From assembly GCA_902784805.1 (NCBI GenBank), contig CACZWD010000001.1:772-64771 (forward strand): a DNA stretch of 64,000 nt, written 5' to 3'. The notes under the pieces are model-generated. The model did not search any database and was not told the DNA's origin. It saw nothing but the letters and a program-made list of their open reading frames with translations. Numbering within the stretch: the stretch's first letter is position 1; every line of letters begins with the position of its first letter. Position numbers and translations under genes: made by a program. Below are positions 49,082 through 58,517 of this stretch, piece after piece. The DNA is from an uncultured Ruminococcus sp. GTDB lineage: Bacteria > Bacillota > Clostridia > RUG12999.

Positions 49082-50155
49082 TTAATATAAATATTTCAAG
49101 AAATTATATTTTTGACTGAGTTTTATTATAATAAATGAAATGACGCCGCAAATTAACAGTGTACTAAAAAATAAAATGGTACATTTATATATTGAATGTA
49201 TATCATAATTTGCAGAAATATATTTGTTTAAAAGAATCATTATAGAACCATGGGAACAATATATAATTGTCGAAGTTTTTCTAAATATGGTATAAATCGG
49301 CTTATATTCAAGCGGTATTTTTAAGCATAAAATAAGTAATGAAGCCGATAACAATGGTAACATCATACAGGTTGTTCCCGATTTCGGCATATAATCTGTC
49401 GTGGTATAAAACAGCAAAAAAATCTCCGCAGCGGTTAAAATAAATAAGAAAGTAAATATAATTAATGCTTTTTTTACGGAGATATTAATACTTTCTTCAT
49501 GCTCTGCTATGATTTTACCTATAACAAAAAATATCAAAGCAAACGGGAAAGATATATAAAACGTTCCCCAATAGTGATTTATAAGATCAAATATTTTATT
49601 TAAGTGTTCTCCTGTCAAAAAATTATAGTAAGTCATAAGAAGACATATAATATAACAGAAAACAGCGATACCGATTGCAAGGCGGTTTTTGCCTTTATCT
49701 GTTTTACAGGCGAAAAACAAAAGTATAGCATCTATGATGCATGCCATTAAAAACCAGGAAGCGGGAAAGCCGTTGCCGAGTATAATATCACGAATAAGAA
49801 TAATAAACGATTTTAAAGACATATTATTTGGAAATCCGAGTTTAAACACCGCTACATAAACACCGTTTAACAAAAACCATACCGAATATAGTATAAACAG
49901 ACGTTTACAGTAATTAAAAACTCTCATGTGCGGCTCGGGACTTTTTTTCATCCCTCTGAATAAAAAATAACTGCTGGTTACAAAGAAAAACGGAACGGCT
50001 ATTCTGCAAATTACAAATATAATAAAAACGTAACCATAGCCATAAACAGAATTTTGGCGCAGAGAAAAATTACCGACCTGACAAGAATGTAACAAAATTA
50101 TAAGAATCGAAAAAACAAATTTTAAAATGTCTATTGATGCGTTTTTACTTTTCAT
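49082..50155 (-). CDS. Acyltransferase family 3 (membrane O-acyltransferase)
   Basis: N-terminal IDILKFVFSILIILLHS and 10 TM segments. Confidence 0.75.
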   Translation of the reverse strand: MKSKNASIDILKFVFSILIILLHSCQVGNFSLRQNSVYGYGYVFIIFVICRIAVPFFFVTSSYFLFRGMKKSPEPHMRVFNYCKRLFILYSVWFLLNGVYVAVFKLGFPNNMSLKSFIILIRDIILGNGFPASWFLMACIIDAILLFFACKTDKGKNRLAIGIAVFCYIICLLMTYYNFLTGEHLNKIFDLINHYWGTFYISFPFALIFFVIGKIIAEHEESINISVKKALIIFTFLFILTAAEIFLLFYTTTDYMPKSGTTCMMLPLLSASLLILCLKIPLEYKPIYTIFRKTSTIIYCSHGSIMILLNKYISANYDIHSIYKCTILFFSTLLICGVISFIIIKLSQKYNFLKYLY

Positions 50156-51210
50156 TTCGTTTTCCTTTCTCCGATAATTACAGGAACGGTATATCTTATT
50201 ATTATTGTCAGCCCATATGATATAATAACCGTAACAAAGGATATTGCGGTAACAACAAGAAAATTATCCGCCTGTGGGAAAGCGGCGTTACAGATATGGC
50301 AAAGCTTTTGAATAATAGGCTTATGAAGTAAAAAAATAGGCATCGTGCTTTTCCCCAAAGCAATAAGCGGTGAAATATTAAGTCGCATTTTTGTAACAAA
50401 AGCTGAAAAAGATGTCAGCATAACAGTTCCGAGCATTGCGTCCATAATATATAAAAAGTAATTTCCGTATTCCGAGCTTGCCATATCGACATTGTTTATT
50501 TGTATATACTTTAAATTTAATTTAAAAGTAAAGAACAAGAAAACAAAAGTAAAAACCGTAAAAAACAATAAATTTACGCCGCTGTAAAATTTAACGTATT
50601 TTCTGGTTATCACTTTAAAAATATATCCGAAAAGTATAAAGGCACATGCCATTGGCGCAACGTTAACACACCACGGATAGCCGATTTTAATGTGCGGAAG
50701 AAAATAGGAAATCATGCTTAAAACAAATGCAAATACCATTATGGTAAAATATTTGTATGGATTTTTGCATTTCAGCGAATTTACAAAACACATAATTATC
50801 TCCGTAAAGCAAACCGCCGCAAACATACACGGCAAAAACCATATTGATGTCAGGGAATCGGCAGCTTTAAAGCCGTACTGACTGCCGTACAAAATATATA
50901 GAAATGATTTAATACTGAAGGAGCCTTGTTTTATGCCGTTTAAAGCGGCATAAAACAAGGACCAGAAGGCGGCGGGGATAATTAATCTTTTTAATTTTCC
51001 GAAAACAAATAGTTTTGTTAAAAAACCTTTGTTTTCGTGAGAAGATAAATTATATGTCAAGCCGTAAACAAAAAAGAATACAGGCATATGAAAAGAGTAT
51101 ATAAACTGTTTAAGGGCATTGTCACAAAGGGGGGCGTGCGCAAATACTACCAAAAAAATAGCAAATGCTTTTAACACATCGACATAATCATATCTTTTCA
51201 TAAATATCAT
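50152..51210 (-). CDS. Acyltransferase family 3 (membrane O-acyltransferase)
   Basis: RYDYVDVLKAFAIFLVVFAHAP N-terminus. Start is ambiguous: TTG at 51216, ATG at 51210 or ATG at 51201. Confidence 0.7.
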   Translation of the reverse strand: MIFMKRYDYVDVLKAFAIFLVVFAHAPLCDNALKQFIYSFHMPVFFFVYGLTYNLSSHENKGFLTKLFVFGKLKRLIIPAAFWSLFYAALNGIKQGSFSIKSFLYILYGSQYGFKAADSLTSIWFLPCMFAAVCFTEIIMCFVNSLKCKNPYKYFTIMVFAFVLSMISYFLPHIKIGYPWCVNVAPMACAFILFGYIFKVITRKYVKFYSGVNLLFFTVFTFVFLFFTFKLNLKYIQINNVDMASSEYGNYFLYIMDAMLGTVMLTSFSAFVTKMRLNISPLIALGKSTMPIFLLHKPIIQKLCHICNAAFPQADNFLVVTAISFVTVIISYGLTIIIRYTVPVIIGERKTK

Positions 51211-52163
51211 CACCAATTTTGCAATAATATATTTGTACTTACTTCATTGAACATTCTTATACGCGCTTCAACCGTACCTCCCGCTATATGCGGCGTTACA
51301 ATAACATTTTTCATATTCTCATTCCACATACCGAAAACCTTATCGGCGTCAACATCCATACCTATACAAAAGCAGTCGTTGTCACGGGCTTTTTTAAAAA
51401 GGTGAGCGTTATCGGTAAGCTCCGACCTTGATACAGATATAAAAACCGCATTGTTCTTCATATTATTTATTCTTGAAGCGGAAATAATGCCTTCCGTTTC
51501 GGGCGTGTACGGTAAATTCAGCGAAATTATATCGGAAGATTTTATAAGCTCGTCAAGTTCCGTAAACACCACTCCGTCATCAGATAAATCGGTATGCTTT
51601 TCAGGATTTCTTGTCCATGAGATTCGTTCCATTCCGAATGCCTTTGCCATTTTAAGTACGGCTCCGGCAGTACCGCCTGCGCCGATAATGCCAATAGTCA
51701 AACCATAAAGGTCATGCGGTTTATAACGCATTTCCTTCTTGTTTTTGCCAAGCGCAGCCGTAATTTTGCCGTCAATGAACTGTTTTTTCAGCGCGATTAT
51801 AAGTCCAAAAATATGTTCTGCCACGGATATTTTATTGGCATTCGGCGCATTTACAACCTTGATAATATTTTTTTTGTCATCGGGAATACTGATATGATCC
51901 GTGCCTATGGATGCGGTTGCTATTATTTTTTTGCAAGGGGGGGTGTTTTTTAACATATTTTCGGTTATCTTTTGCGCAGTGCTTATGATTATAATATCGT
52001 ATTCATCTATAAGCTTTTTGAGTTCATTTCCACAAGGACGTTCTTTACCTTTCGGGTGAAGAATTACTTTAATATTATTTTTTTCCAGAAGCTCCGAAGC
52101 GGATTTAGGGAAATCGTCAAATACCGAATATGCTATCATATCAATTCTCTCCAAAGTAGTCAT
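51210..52163 (-). CDS. D-isomer-specific 2-hydroxyacid dehydrogenase family protein (NAD-binding)
   Basis: GIIGAGGTAGAVLKMAKAFGM Rossmann motif and a catalytic R/E/H framework (VTPHIAGGT). Confidence 0.8.
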   Translation of the reverse strand: MTTLERIDMIAYSVFDDFPKSASELLEKNNIKVILHPKGKERPCGNELKKLIDEYDIIIISTAQKITENMLKNTPPCKKIIATASIGTDHISIPDDKKNIIKVVNAPNANKISVAEHIFGLIIALKKQFIDGKITAALGKNKKEMRYKPHDLYGLTIGIIGAGGTAGAVLKMAKAFGMERISWTRNPEKHTDLSDDGVVFTELDELIKSSDIISLNLPYTPETEGIISASRINNMKNNAVFISVSRSELTDNAHLFKKARDNDCFCIGMDVDADKVFGMWNENMKNVIVTPHIAGGTVEARIRMFNEVSTNILLQNW

Positions 52164-53880
52164 TTAAATATTGTGCCGCAAACGTTCTGTCACAGGCGGC
52201 TTTTTTTTCGGCAGGCATATTTTTGAGTAAATCTATTAAAATATCTGTTGTTACCCTGCTGTCCTTTAAAAATATAGAAATATAGCTCGGTGTGCAGCCG
52301 TAAAGCGAAGAAAGGAAGTAATCCAGACAATAGCCCCACGGATTTGTCTTTATTACATTCGCAAAATACTCAGATATTTCATCATATATCTCTATGGTGC
52401 TGTAACAATTACCTTCAGAATTAAGAACGGGAATAATAAGCTCGGTGCAAAGATTTCCCGCGCCTTTTCCCATACCCGTAATGCTTGCATCAAGCATAAG
52501 ATCATGGTTTAATGGACAGTTCACTGCCACGCAAGCGTTTGCAAACGCCAACTGTCTGTTGTTGTGGGCGTGAAAACCGATTTTCATAGTGCTGCTTACG
52601 TGATGGTCAACCAGATCAAGCATATGAAGAAGAGAAACGCTGTCCATTTGTCCGAAACTGTCAACAACATAAAAAGCTTTTGCTTCCGGTAATTCTTTAT
52701 TACAACAAGCTATCAGCTCTAAAAATTCATCATCGGAATAGCGTATTGAAACCATAGGCTGAATATATAATTCGTAGCCGCGCTGCAATATTTTTTTGGC
52801 ATTTATTATTGCATCGCGCCAATTTTCTTTATGAAAAGCGTATCTTATACCATCAATACCGGAAACGTCGGCAGCTTGCAATTTATCCAAATCAAAGGTG
52901 CCGTAATCTATCATCGCAAGGTATTTAACACCTGTTTTTTTGCCTGATTTAAGTATAGTGTTTTTAATACTTGTTGGATTATCAAAACAGGTATGACCGT
53001 CATCCAAGCCTGTTTTTTCGTTTATATAGCCACATTCTATATATTCAACACCTGAATTTTCAAGACATTCCTTTATTTTAATTGCCCGTTTTAAACCAAA
53101 ATCAAATTTTATTACGATACCACCGTCGCGCAAAGTACAATCGAGAAGCTGAATTTTCCGTGTTTTCTTGGCTGTACGCATAACTCTATCGGCAATATCC
53201 AGGTCATTATCTGTCGTAATTTTAAAATTACTTGTGTGTCCTGTGACAATTTTTATTTTATATCCTGCCTTAAGCATAAGCTGAGTTGTGCCGGTAACGG
53301 CGCTTTTGTCGCTGTTACCGAAACGGTTAAGGGTATCATGTAAAAGCTTTAAATTAAAGCCGGAGGGAGTTTGTCCATTATATAAGCTGTTACGATCAAG
53401 TGTGCCTGTTATAAAATCTTTATCATTGTATGAAATAAACATCGTATCCGTTGTCGGTATTACCGTAAGGGCAAGTCCGGCTTCTTTTGTTGCTTTAATA
53501 CAATCATCAATCATTTGTTCGCTTACAAAAGGACGCACAGAATCGTGGCAAATAAGAATATCGCTGTCATTAAGTCCGGTTCTTTCTATAATATCATCCA
53601 TAATATTTACAAATGAATCAATGCGTTCTTTGCCGCCGGAAACTATGCGAATCCTTTGAAGCTCATTTTTTGAAAAATGCTGCTTAAACAGATTTTCAGC
53701 GTATTCCGTCCACTCCGGATGTACGGCGATATATATAATATCAATGTTTGTATTATCAATGAATTTACGAAGCGTCAGAAGTATAATCGGAACTCCGCCT
53801 ATTGATATGAACTGTTTTGGTATAGAGTGACGTTCTATTCGCTTTCCTGTTCCTCCTGCTAAAATTGCTGCATATATCAT
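52141..53880 (-). CDS. Bifunctional protein: N-terminal IspD/TarI-like cytidylyltransferase fused to a C-terminal HMGL-like (DmpG/pyruvate-carboxyltransferase TIM-barrel) domain
   Basis: N-terminus AAILAGGTGKRIERHSIPKQFISIGGVPII is the IspD-family signature. C-terminal half has LLDCTLRDGG (DRE-TIM) and FHAHNNRQLAFANACVAV (HxH), as in 4-hydroxy-2-oxovalerate aldolase/HMG-CoA lyase-like enzymes. AAAGGGGAAAAAAT RBS. Confidence 0.7.
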   Translation of the reverse strand: MIYAAILAGGTGKRIERHSIPKQFISIGGVPIILLTLRKFIDNTNIDIIYIAVHPEWTEYAENLFKQHFSKNELQRIRIVSGGKERIDSFVNIMDDIIERTGLNDSDILICHDSVRPFVSEQMIDDCIKATKEAGLALTVIPTTDTMFISYNDKDFITGTLDRNSLYNGQTPSGFNLKLLHDTLNRFGNSDKSAVTGTTQLMLKAGYKIKIVTGHTSNFKITTDNDLDIADRVMRTAKKTRKIQLLDCTLRDGGIVIKFDFGLKRAIKIKECLENSGVEYIECGYINEKTGLDDGHTCFDNPTSIKNTILKSGKKTGVKYLAMIDYGTFDLDKLQAADVSGIDGIRYAFHKENWRDAIINAKKILQRGYELYIQPMVSIRYSDDEFLELIACCNKELPEAKAFYVVDSFGQMDSVSLLHMLDLVDHHVSSTMKIGFHAHNNRQLAFANACVAVNCPLNHDLMLDASITGMGKGAGNLCTELIIPVLNSEGNCYSTIEIYDEISEYFANVIKTNPWGYCLDYFLSSLYGCTPSYISIFLKDSRVTTDILIDLLKNMPAEKKAACDRTFAAQYLNDYFGEN

Positions 53881-53945
53881 ATTTTTTCCCCTTTGTAATT
53901 AACTCTTTATATAATACTATATTAATTTTAATAAATTAGCATGTT

Positions 53946-55886
53946 TTATAAATTAAAATGCTCAACTATCCTTTTACAATTATTATTATCTCTGAAATCG
54001 TCCATCTTATATAGCAAAGCATTGCGTTCATCTTTATAATCATCTATATCTTTGTACACTGTGTCAAGAAAATCAAAGAGTTCTGCGTTTGTTTTAATTT
54101 TTTGTCCCGGCATATAATCATAGACATTATCCATTATAAAGCCTCTTTTATATACATCTATATCGTTAATAAAGAAGCCTATTGGTTTGTTCATCTGCAA
54201 GAAATCAAAGCTTACAGACGAATAGTCTGATAACATAGCGTCTGCATACCCTATCATTTCATACAACTGCAAATTAATATCTAAAAGATTATCATCTGTT
54301 AAATATAAAATATTGGATAGCAAAACTCGTTTCATAAAATCTAATGTCTGAAGATGGTGTACTTTAACAATCATTAACATTTTTTTGTTTTTGAGAAATT
54401 CGTTTAGTTCTTGCAATTCATCTTCATTTGATATTGTGTTTATTGAATAGATATTAAGAAACTCACCGTCCGTCCAGTATTTTGCTTGTCTAAAAGTTGG
54501 CATACACAGAATAATTTTTTGATATGTATCCTCACTTATATATTTTGATAATTTTTTCTTTATATCTATAGTTTTATACATCAAATCAAGCCTCGGTCTA
54601 CCTATGACAAGCATTTGTTCATCTTTTGCTCCCATAGCTTTAGAATACAGTTGTTTTGACCATTCTGACGATATACAATGAAAGTTTAAAAAACCGCTTA
54701 AGTCTTTACCAGCACCTTTTAATGGGATTCCATGTGACAAAGTCACAACTGTCTGATCTTTCTTCCATTTTTTCAGCCACCATGGATGCGTAAAAAAGAA
54801 ATATCTGGCTCTTGCAACATAATACCTAAGTCTTATGCTTTCATAAAAATTTGTAGGTGAAATAAATACAACATTTTCCATATTCATTTTCTTGAATCTG
54901 TTTATATTCTGTACCTTCCACACAAATCTGTATTTCTTATTATAGCCATGCTCGATCATGTATTCGAACAATGCTCTGCCATTATCACAAAAGTCACCCT
55001 CGGTTTCAAAAAACAGGGTATTGTTCGTTTTTACAATTTTAGGCATAACGGAAGAAATTATATTCATACTAAATTTTATCGCATAATTCTTTGATTTTGA
55101 AACAAGCTTCTTTAAAAATCCGACAAAGCCAACTTTCATTAGTAACAATCGTAATCTGTTTCTTCTGTACCATTTTTTGTATTTTTGTCTTCCTAATGTA
55201 CCCCCATATTTGCTATAATAATATTTCTGTTTTTTTAGATAAAGGTTTTCGAGACTTCCAAACCATGAGCCATTAAAATGATGTATTGAGACTGTGTTGT
55301 CCGTAAGTGCTATATTTCCGGTTTCATAACTTTTTGGACAAAAATAATCCTTCGGATACATAGTCAGAATACCCTCAATATTTTGATATGTATTATTGAG
55401 TTCTATATTATATTTTTCCTTTGTCATATTTGTTATTGTGATAACGTTGGTTGTATTGTCAAAGGTGCCGTCGGGTTTTACGAAATGTCTGTCATCATAG
55501 TATGATAAAAGATAGCCTACCCATTCGCCGTGGTTTTCCGACCCCATAAGGGCGGTGGGAATATGGGTTTCATCCTCAAAACCCGAAAAAGCGGTACAGC
55601 TTAAAAAGCTGTCGGGACTTTTTATAAGCTCGACATCGGTATCCATATAAAGACCGCCTTCGTTATATAAGGCGTAAAGTCTTACATAGTCCGTTATGAA
55701 CGCCCATTTTTTGTTTTCATATGCTTCCCGTACATATGTATTTGAATTTACATCAAAGTTTTTTTCGTTCCATTCCTTTATCTCATAATCGGGACAATAT
55801 TTTTTCCAGCTTTCTATATATCGTTTGGTTTCCTCCGGAAGAGGATTTCCACCAAACCAGCAATAGTGTATTATTTTTGGTATCAT
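53946..55886 (-). CDS. Fusion of a GT32-like DXD glycosyltransferase domain with a TagB/TagF-like CDP-polyol phosphotransferase domain
   Basis: N-terminal 230 aa: IIHYCWFGGNPLPE…YVRLYALYNEGGLYMDTDVEL (Gly_transf_sug/Caps_synth type). C-terminal about 400 aa has the Glyphos_transf architecture (…VTLSHGIPLKGAGKD…MLSDYSSVSFDFLQMNKPIGFF). Confidence 0.7.
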   Translation of the reverse strand: MIPKIIHYCWFGGNPLPEETKRYIESWKKYCPDYEIKEWNEKNFDVNSNTYVREAYENKKWAFITDYVRLYALYNEGGLYMDTDVELIKSPDSFLSCTAFSGFEDETHIPTALMGSENHGEWVGYLLSYYDDRHFVKPDGTFDNTTNVITITNMTKEKYNIELNNTYQNIEGILTMYPKDYFCPKSYETGNIALTDNTVSIHHFNGSWFGSLENLYLKKQKYYYSKYGGTLGRQKYKKWYRRNRLRLLLMKVGFVGFLKKLVSKSKNYAIKFSMNIISSVMPKIVKTNNTLFFETEGDFCDNGRALFEYMIEHGYNKKYRFVWKVQNINRFKKMNMENVVFISPTNFYESIRLRYYVARARYFFFTHPWWLKKWKKDQTVVTLSHGIPLKGAGKDLSGFLNFHCISSEWSKQLYSKAMGAKDEQMLVIGRPRLDLMYKTIDIKKKLSKYISEDTYQKIILCMPTFRQAKYWTDGEFLNIYSINTISNEDELQELNEFLKNKKMLMIVKVHHLQTLDFMKRVLLSNILYLTDDNLLDINLQLYEMIGYADAMLSDYSSVSFDFLQMNKPIGFFINDIDVYKRGFIMDNVYDYMPGQKIKTNAELFDFLDTVYKDIDDYKDERNALLYKMDDFRDNNNCKRIVEHFNL

Positions 55887-57427
55887 ACCTTAGCACCTTT
55901 CATTAAAAGCTTATTTTTAAGAATCTCACGTTCGTGTTTGTCGAGCATTATGAAGTAATTTATCACGCATGCCCCAATACCCATCAGTGCAATATCCAAA
56001 AGCAGCAGTATCCAACTGTTTATCGGTATCAGCATTTTTATGCCTAAAGCTAATACACTGACTATTGCTACAGAAATAATATTTTTGAGTATCAGAGGGA
56101 AAAAGGTGTGCCATTTGAAGCCGAGACATACGGCTCCATACACCGGCAAAAATGTCAGAGCGCGTATTATACTCATTATTGTGCTTACGCCAACCACTAT
56201 GTACATTTTCATATTCTCATCGGTAGTGTGTGTTAAAAGTATAAATACCAAAAGAGTCGATACACATGCATTCATAAGCAAAAATAGTGAAGACTGCCTT
56301 ACCTTGTTTGCGACGGTAAAAATATTCCACAAGGGTTCAAGCGACAAAGAAAATATGAATGCCCCTGCACCGAGTATCGATAACCGCTGAAGAAGGACGG
56401 CATCCTGCGTAGGCAACCAAAGAGCATAAAATTCCCTGCTGTACACATATAAAAAAGCCACAGGTATGCAGGCAAAAAAACCGAGTAACTTGATCGCAGA
56501 GTTAAGCTGCTGCCTTATATCCTCAAAATCATTTTTGGCATAGCTTATGGTAAGCTGCGGCGCAAATACGCTTGCAATCATTCCGAAAACTGATAAAATC
56601 TGCGTGGACAAGGTTTTGGAAATAGATACCGTTCCCATTGCCGAAACGCCAACAAAGAGGTTTGTTATGAGCAAATCTAATCCTGTTGAGAGAGTTCCGC
56701 TTAATTTTGAAATGCTGTTCCACATACCTGACATGATGAGCGTCTTTATTTTGCCAAGATCAAGATATTGTTTTTTAATTTTTACTGTCGGCAACAATTT
56801 TTTGGTATAATAAAAATTTATTGCAATTACGTACAATCCGCATACTAATGTTGAAATTCCCAGATACCATATATGCGGTTTAAAAAACATAAATGCGAAT
56901 ATAAGTATGACTACCTTTATAGCATTTGATTCAATATTTCTGAGTGAAGCCAGATAAAGCTTGTTTTTTGCAAATGTTGCCACGTTCAAAACATTACCAA
57001 TCAAACTCAATAAAAAGTTTGCAAAAAGCAACGCCCACAAAAGAGTAACATCACCAAGTATGTTTTTTGGCACATTTATAATTTTATCCAGGAATACTAA
57101 AACAAATACAGCCAATATAGTCAGTACTGATGACACAACTGCGTTTGCAGCTATAATAGAGGTAAAGAACCTATTGGTATCTTCGTATTCTTCTCTATGT
57201 ATACTTATGGTGATAAACCGTCCTGCCATTGAGTTTAACGCTGTTGTAATTATTGTAGCGTAGCTTATAAAATTATTTGCAAGCCCTACAAAACCATACG
57301 CCTCACGTCCTATATGCTTAACGATATATGGCGTTAGAAAAAAGCTTATGCAGACATTAATTCCAAAAGCAATTATTTGAGCTGCCATATTTATTGCAAG
57401 CTGCTTGTTTTTGTTCATTTTATCCAT
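55883..57427 (-). CDS. wzx: Oligosaccharide repeat-unit flippase (Wzx, MOP superfamily)
   Basis: 14 predicted TM segments, polysaccharide-biosynthesis-protein family N-terminus. Confidence 0.75.
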   Translation of the reverse strand: MDKMNKNKQLAINMAAQIIAFGINVCISFFLTPYIVKHIGREAYGFVGLANNFISYATIITTALNSMAGRFITISIHREEYEDTNRFFTSIIAANAVVSSVLTILAVFVLVFLDKIINVPKNILGDVTLLWALLFANFLLSLIGNVLNVATFAKNKLYLASLRNIESNAIKVVILIFAFMFFKPHIWYLGISTLVCGLYVIAINFYYTKKLLPTVKIKKQYLDLGKIKTLIMSGMWNSISKLSGTLSTGLDLLITNLFVGVSAMGTVSISKTLSTQILSVFGMIASVFAPQLTISYAKNDFEDIRQQLNSAIKLLGFFACIPVAFLYVYSREFYALWLPTQDAVLLQRLSILGAGAFIFSLSLEPLWNIFTVANKVRQSSLFLLMNACVSTLLVFILLTHTTDENMKMYIVVGVSTIMSIIRALTFLPVYGAVCLGFKWHTFFPLILKNIISVAIVSVLALGIKMLIPINSWILLLLDIALMGIGACVINYFIMLDKHEREILKNKLLMKGAKV

Positions 57428-57455
57428 CTCACAATCGTATTGTCCTTTTTTAATA

Positions 57456-58517
57456 TCAACCTTTTAAAGATGTAATTACAGAAAGTATTTTTTGCAAAAC
57501 AAAAACCTTTTTATCGCAGATTTTTCTGTAAAAAATCCATACTTTCAAGTAATATTTCAATCCACGCAAATTATATACTTTAAATGGAGAACAGAGTGAC
57601 TTTTTAAGCCAGCCTTTTACCGAACAAACAACATCCTTTTCGGTTACCTGCTCATTAAATATATATGCGGCATCTTCAAAAGAAGCAGCTTTTAAAAACT
57701 CATTCATAATAATCTGAGTAAAGATAAAATTTTCTTTTTTACCTAATTTAAAACCTCTTTTTTCGGCATATGCCTTAAAATCGTAACAAAGATTTATAAT
57801 TCTTTTAAATGGTAATTCTTTTATTGAGTTCATAATGGAGGTTTTACGTAAAGGATAATGATACAATATATCTTTAATAACCACTAATTTTTTCTGATAA
57901 AGCGCAACACGCAAGGCAAACGATAAATCCTCGGCAAAAATCACCTTATTATTCGCAAAAATAATACCGTTATTTTTTATAATATTTGCTCTGAAAAATC
58001 TGTTACAAGCGTTCCAGCCCGTCTTGCAATAATTAACCGCTATTTCTTCAATATAATCAAGTTTTTCGTTCGCCTTCTCGGTATAATATTCCAAAGGCTT
58101 AAATTTTGTTGCAAACAGTAAATTTCCGGCTTCGTCCTCTTTATAATAATTGAATACTACAATATCACATTTTTTTTCCTCACATACCTTCACGCAAATT
58201 TCTATTAAATTTAATTCAATATAATCATCGGGGTCATAGAAAAAAATATAATCCCCTTTTACTGCTTTTAATCCTGCGTTGCGGGCATCTGATAATCCGC
58301 CGTTTTTTTTATGTATAACCTCAATTCTGCTGTCAACGTTTTTATAGCTTTCGCATATACTATATGAATTGTCCGTTGAACCGTCATCGACCAATATTAT
58401 CTGAAGATTTTTATAGGTCTGATTTATGGCAGCATCAATACTTCTTTGTATATAATTCTCAACATTGTATATAGGAAGAATTAAACTGACTAAACCGGTA
58501 TTATCCATTTTTTTCAC
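57456..58517 (-). CDS. Glycosyltransferase family 2 (GT-A)
   Basis: SLILPIYNVENYIQRSIDAAINQTYKNLQIILVDDGSTDNS. Confidence 0.85.
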   Translation of the reverse strand: MKKMDNTGLVSLILPIYNVENYIQRSIDAAINQTYKNLQIILVDDGSTDNSYSICESYKNVDSRIEVIHKKNGGLSDARNAGLKAVKGDYIFFYDPDDYIELNLIEICVKVCEEKKCDIVVFNYYKEDEAGNLLFATKFKPLEYYTEKANEKLDYIEEIAVNYCKTGWNACNRFFRANIIKNNGIIFANNKVIFAEDLSFALRVALYQKKLVVIKDILYHYPLRKTSIMNSIKELPFKRIINLCYDFKAYAEKRGFKLGKKENFIFTQIIMNEFLKAASFEDAAYIFNEQVTEKDVVCSVKGWLKKSLCSPFKVYNLRGLKYYLKVWIFYRKICDKKVFVLQKILSVITSLKG

